Shown here in pieces: positions 62,080-64,000 of a DNA stretch of 64,000 bases (positions are counted from its first letter, which is position 1; each line of letters starts with the position of its first letter). The notes below the pieces were generated by a model. That model saw only the letters and a program-made list of their open reading frames with translations, was not told the origin of the DNA and searched no databases. Made by a program: the position numbers and the translations under genes. Origin of the DNA: Patescibacteria group bacterium UBA918 (GTDB lineage Bacteria; Patescibacteriota; Minisyncoccia; Phycocordibacterales; UBA918); assembly GCA_002293845.1 (NCBI GenBank), contig DBEA01000010.1, positions 565 through 64,564 on the forward strand, in the 5' to 3' direction.

Positions 62080-62472
62080 CTAGGTTCTGCCATGATGTCC
62101 GCACTTGCATCCGTACGGTTTAATGTATTCGTCGAAGTAGACCTTTCCATAGTCATAAGTGAGCTCTTCGCCGGCCTTGATCTTCCGCTTGGCCTCTATC
62201 CCGATCTCGTTCGCGTCGGTATAGTGCACGGCTTCGCAATTGGGGCGGCAGGAATGATTAATGTAGCGGGCCAGATTGGACCTTCCCGATCCGTCGATGG
62301 TCCATTTCTCGTCCAGGTCGAACTGATAGCGGTTCGGCTTCCTGTCCGCTTCCGCGTGGCTGATCTTTTTGCCGGTATATTCGATGATCAGATCGCCCTT
62401 GTCCCAGTCGCGCAACGTCTTGAGGCCGAGACCGGCGCTCGATTTGAATACTTTGAAATCCTTCTTCGACAT
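62080..62472 (-). CDS. SET-domain protein (putative protein-lysine methyltransferase) with Cys-rich post-SET
   Basis: NHSCRPN, ELTYDY, CKCGHHG. Confidence 0.7.
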   Translation of the reverse strand: MSKKDFKVFKSSAGLGLKTLRDWDKGDLIIEYTGKKISHAEADRKPNRYQFDLDEKWTIDGSGRSNLARYINHSCRPNCEAVHYTDANEIGIEAKRKIKAGEELTYDYGKVYFDEYIKPYGCKCGHHGRT

Positions 62473-62520
62473 AATAGCGACGATACTAACATGCTTTGAT
62501 CGTCTGTTAAAATAAAGCGC

Positions 62521-63117
62521 ATGTTCGAATGGATACTACACGTCATCGAGGTCGGAGGATATGGCGGCATCTTCACGTTGATGGTGCTTGAAAACGTCTT
62601 TCCTCCCATTCCGTCGGAGGTGATCCTGCCGCTCGCCGGTTATTCAGTGGCCACTGACGGCATGAGTCTCTTATCGGTGATCATGGTCGCGACTTTGGGT
62701 ACGGTGGTCGGCACTATGCCCTGGTATATAGCCGGACGGGTTTTCGGCGCTCGTCGGCTGAAGGCTTTGTCCGTGCGCTATGGTCGGTGGCTAACGCTTT
62801 CTCCTAGCGATATCGAGGCGGCCGAGGCTTGGTTTCAAACGCATGGAAAGAGGGCGGTCTTGTTCGGTCGTCTCATTCCGACCGTGCGCACGCTCATCTC
62901 GGTACCGGCCGGAATCGCGCATTTGCCGCTCCCGACCTTCCTCCTGTACTCCTTCGTCGGTAGCTTGCTGTGGACGTCGTTGCTGACTTATCTCGGTTTC
63001 ATACTTGGCAATCAACACGAGCGCGTGGCGGAATACCTGAATCCGGTTTCCGACCTCGTCATTTTGGTGATCGTGGCGGTCTATCTCTATCGCGTCGTCA
63101 CTTTCAAGGTTAAGTGA
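62521..63117 (+). CDS. DedA/VTT-family membrane protein (paralog 2)
   Basis: DedA core; TAAAAT 7 nt upstream of the ATG. Confidence 0.7.
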   Translation: MFEWILHVIEVGGYGGIFTLMVLENVFPPIPSEVILPLAGYSVATDGMSLLSVIMVATLGTVVGTMPWYIAGRVFGARRLKALSVRYGRWLTLSPSDIEAAEAWFQTHGKRAVLFGRLIPTVRTLISVPAGIAHLPLPTFLLYSFVGSLLWTSLLTYLGFILGNQHERVAEYLNPVSDLVILVIVAVYLYRVVTFKVK

Positions 63118-63150
63118 AAAAGCGTGAAAGGCCGAAGGCCTTTCACGCTT
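63117..63150. terminator. Bidirectional terminator AAAAAGCGTGAAAGGCC-gaa-GGCCTTTCACGCTTG
   Basis: Perfect hairpin between convergent genes. Confidence 0.7.
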
Positions 63151-63766
63151 GCTCGATGTTCGTCTCTACCCAATCGACGATGTCCGACCAGGAATGGACA
63201 CGCGTCACCCCCGCCGGCGTATGGGTGCGATTCCAAGGCCGGTCGGGGAGGAGGACGGGAATAGCGTGACCGGCTACTTCGGTCGCATGCCGGAGCGCGT
63301 CATCGATGAGTACGACGGCACCGATCTCACGACAGACCTCAGATTTTGAGCGAGGTTTTGTGCCAGCATCGGCCGCGTAGATGTTGGTGAAATGAAAGTC
63401 GTGGAAGAGTTCCGGGAAGTGGCGGTCGAGCCATTCGAGAGTGTGTTCGCGGACCGAGGTTGGTCGACTGGTGACGATCTGGAGCGAGTGCGAGCGCGAT
63501 AGTTTTTCGATGGCGTTGACGGCTCCCGCAACCGGTTCCACTAGCTGATGTTCGGCAGATACGTAGAAGCTCTTGGCCCGAGTGGTCATCGTGTCTTTAT
63601 CACAGCCGTACACCACCTCCCAGTTGTCGTAGTTGATGAGCTGGTCGAAGGTGAGGGTGGTACCGTGGACACTGTTGTGAAAATCCAGAAAGCCGGCGTT
63701 GAACTCCATCAGCACGTCGTCGAAATCGACAGCGATGACTTTCTTGTTGTTGGAGCGGTCTTTCAT
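63143..63766 (-). CDS. 5'(3')-deoxyribonucleotidase (HAD superfamily, NT5C-like)
   Basis: IAVDFDDVL motif I and overall NT5C-like sequence. Confidence 0.7.
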   Translation of the reverse strand: MKDRSNNKKVIAVDFDDVLMEFNAGFLDFHNSVHGTTLTFDQLINYDNWEVVYGCDKDTMTTRAKSFYVSAEHQLVEPVAGAVNAIEKLSRSHSLQIVTSRPTSVREHTLEWLDRHFPELFHDFHFTNIYAADAGTKPRSKSEVCREIGAVVLIDDALRHATEVAGHAIPVLLPDRPWNRTHTPAGVTRVHSWSDIVDWVETNIEQA

Positions 63767-63812
63767 GGCGGTGATGGAAGAAAATATATCATGAGAAGGG
63801 TGGGGTATAGAA

Positions 63813-63845
63813 AGGCCCGGCGCGCAAGCGCGCCGGGCCTCGATT
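63813..63845. repeat. GC-rich hairpin GGCCCGGCGCG-caa-GCGCGCCGGGCC
   Basis: Direct read. Probably the terminator of a minus-strand gene whose 3' end (…TIETPDSDD*) lies at about 63853 and continues past the window end. Confidence 0.4.
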
Positions 63846-64000
63846 CGAACGGTCAGTCGTCCGAGTCTGGAGTCTCGATCGTCTGCTGAACCGGGAAGTG
63901 CGTCCCCGGAGCCACGGACGTTGTGCGGCGGGGGATGGTCTTCGTGTGATGGACAGGCTTACCCTCCCGCGGTAAGGCGCTGTCATACAGCCCCGGTCGG

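Noticed and set aside
1-64000. CRISPR arrays or rRNA genes
   Set aside because: No regularly spaced direct repeats with unique spacers and no rRNA-like conserved stretches were seen on either strand.

Overview
Mostly core housekeeping genes of a compact bacterial chromosome, read by eye from the sequence and the ORF track. The best-supported novelty is three LAGLIDADG-type homing-endonuclease ORFs, each abutting a tRNA gene; several repeat families, a leaderless-start pattern and an ATP-grasp triad are also reported as findings. Core genes: miaA, parB, rel/spoT, dprA-topA, serS, ftsQ-like, dus, dnaX, dgkA, secG, groES-groEL, RNase J and a second beta-CASP nuclease. A long ribosomal-protein block runs rpsS-rplV-rpsC-rplP-rpmC-rpsQ-rplN-rplX-rplE / rpsZ-rpsH-rplF-rplR-rpsE-rplO-secY-adk-adk-map, followed by ndk and a minus-strand infC-rpmI-rplT operon. 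Accessory content sits among these: three AT-rich LAGLIDADG-type ORFs each directly abutting a tRNA gene (Trp, Leu, Gln), a putative copper-handling module (DUF305 plus a YVTN beta-propeller fused to a DUF411/CopG-like CxCC domain), a cluster of three ATP-grasp ligases with a GC drop, two glycoside hydrolases, and many secreted or membrane hypotheticals. Several repeat families stand out: two ~115-nt near-identical elements inside the spc operon, covarying hairpins near rpsS and rplT, an AT-rich palindromic family with a GTTAAC/GTAAAC core, and GC-rich tetraloop hairpins used as terminators. Many genes have a TAnnnT -10 hexamer exactly 6-7 nt upstream of the start codon, implying widespread leaderless mRNAs. 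Other highly expressed genes have G-poor CTAAA/CCTAA-type leaders instead of a Shine-Dalgarno. No CRISPR array or rRNA gene was seen. Start coordinates for adjusted genes are my own reading and may be off by a base; long minus-strand coordinates follow the ORF track.
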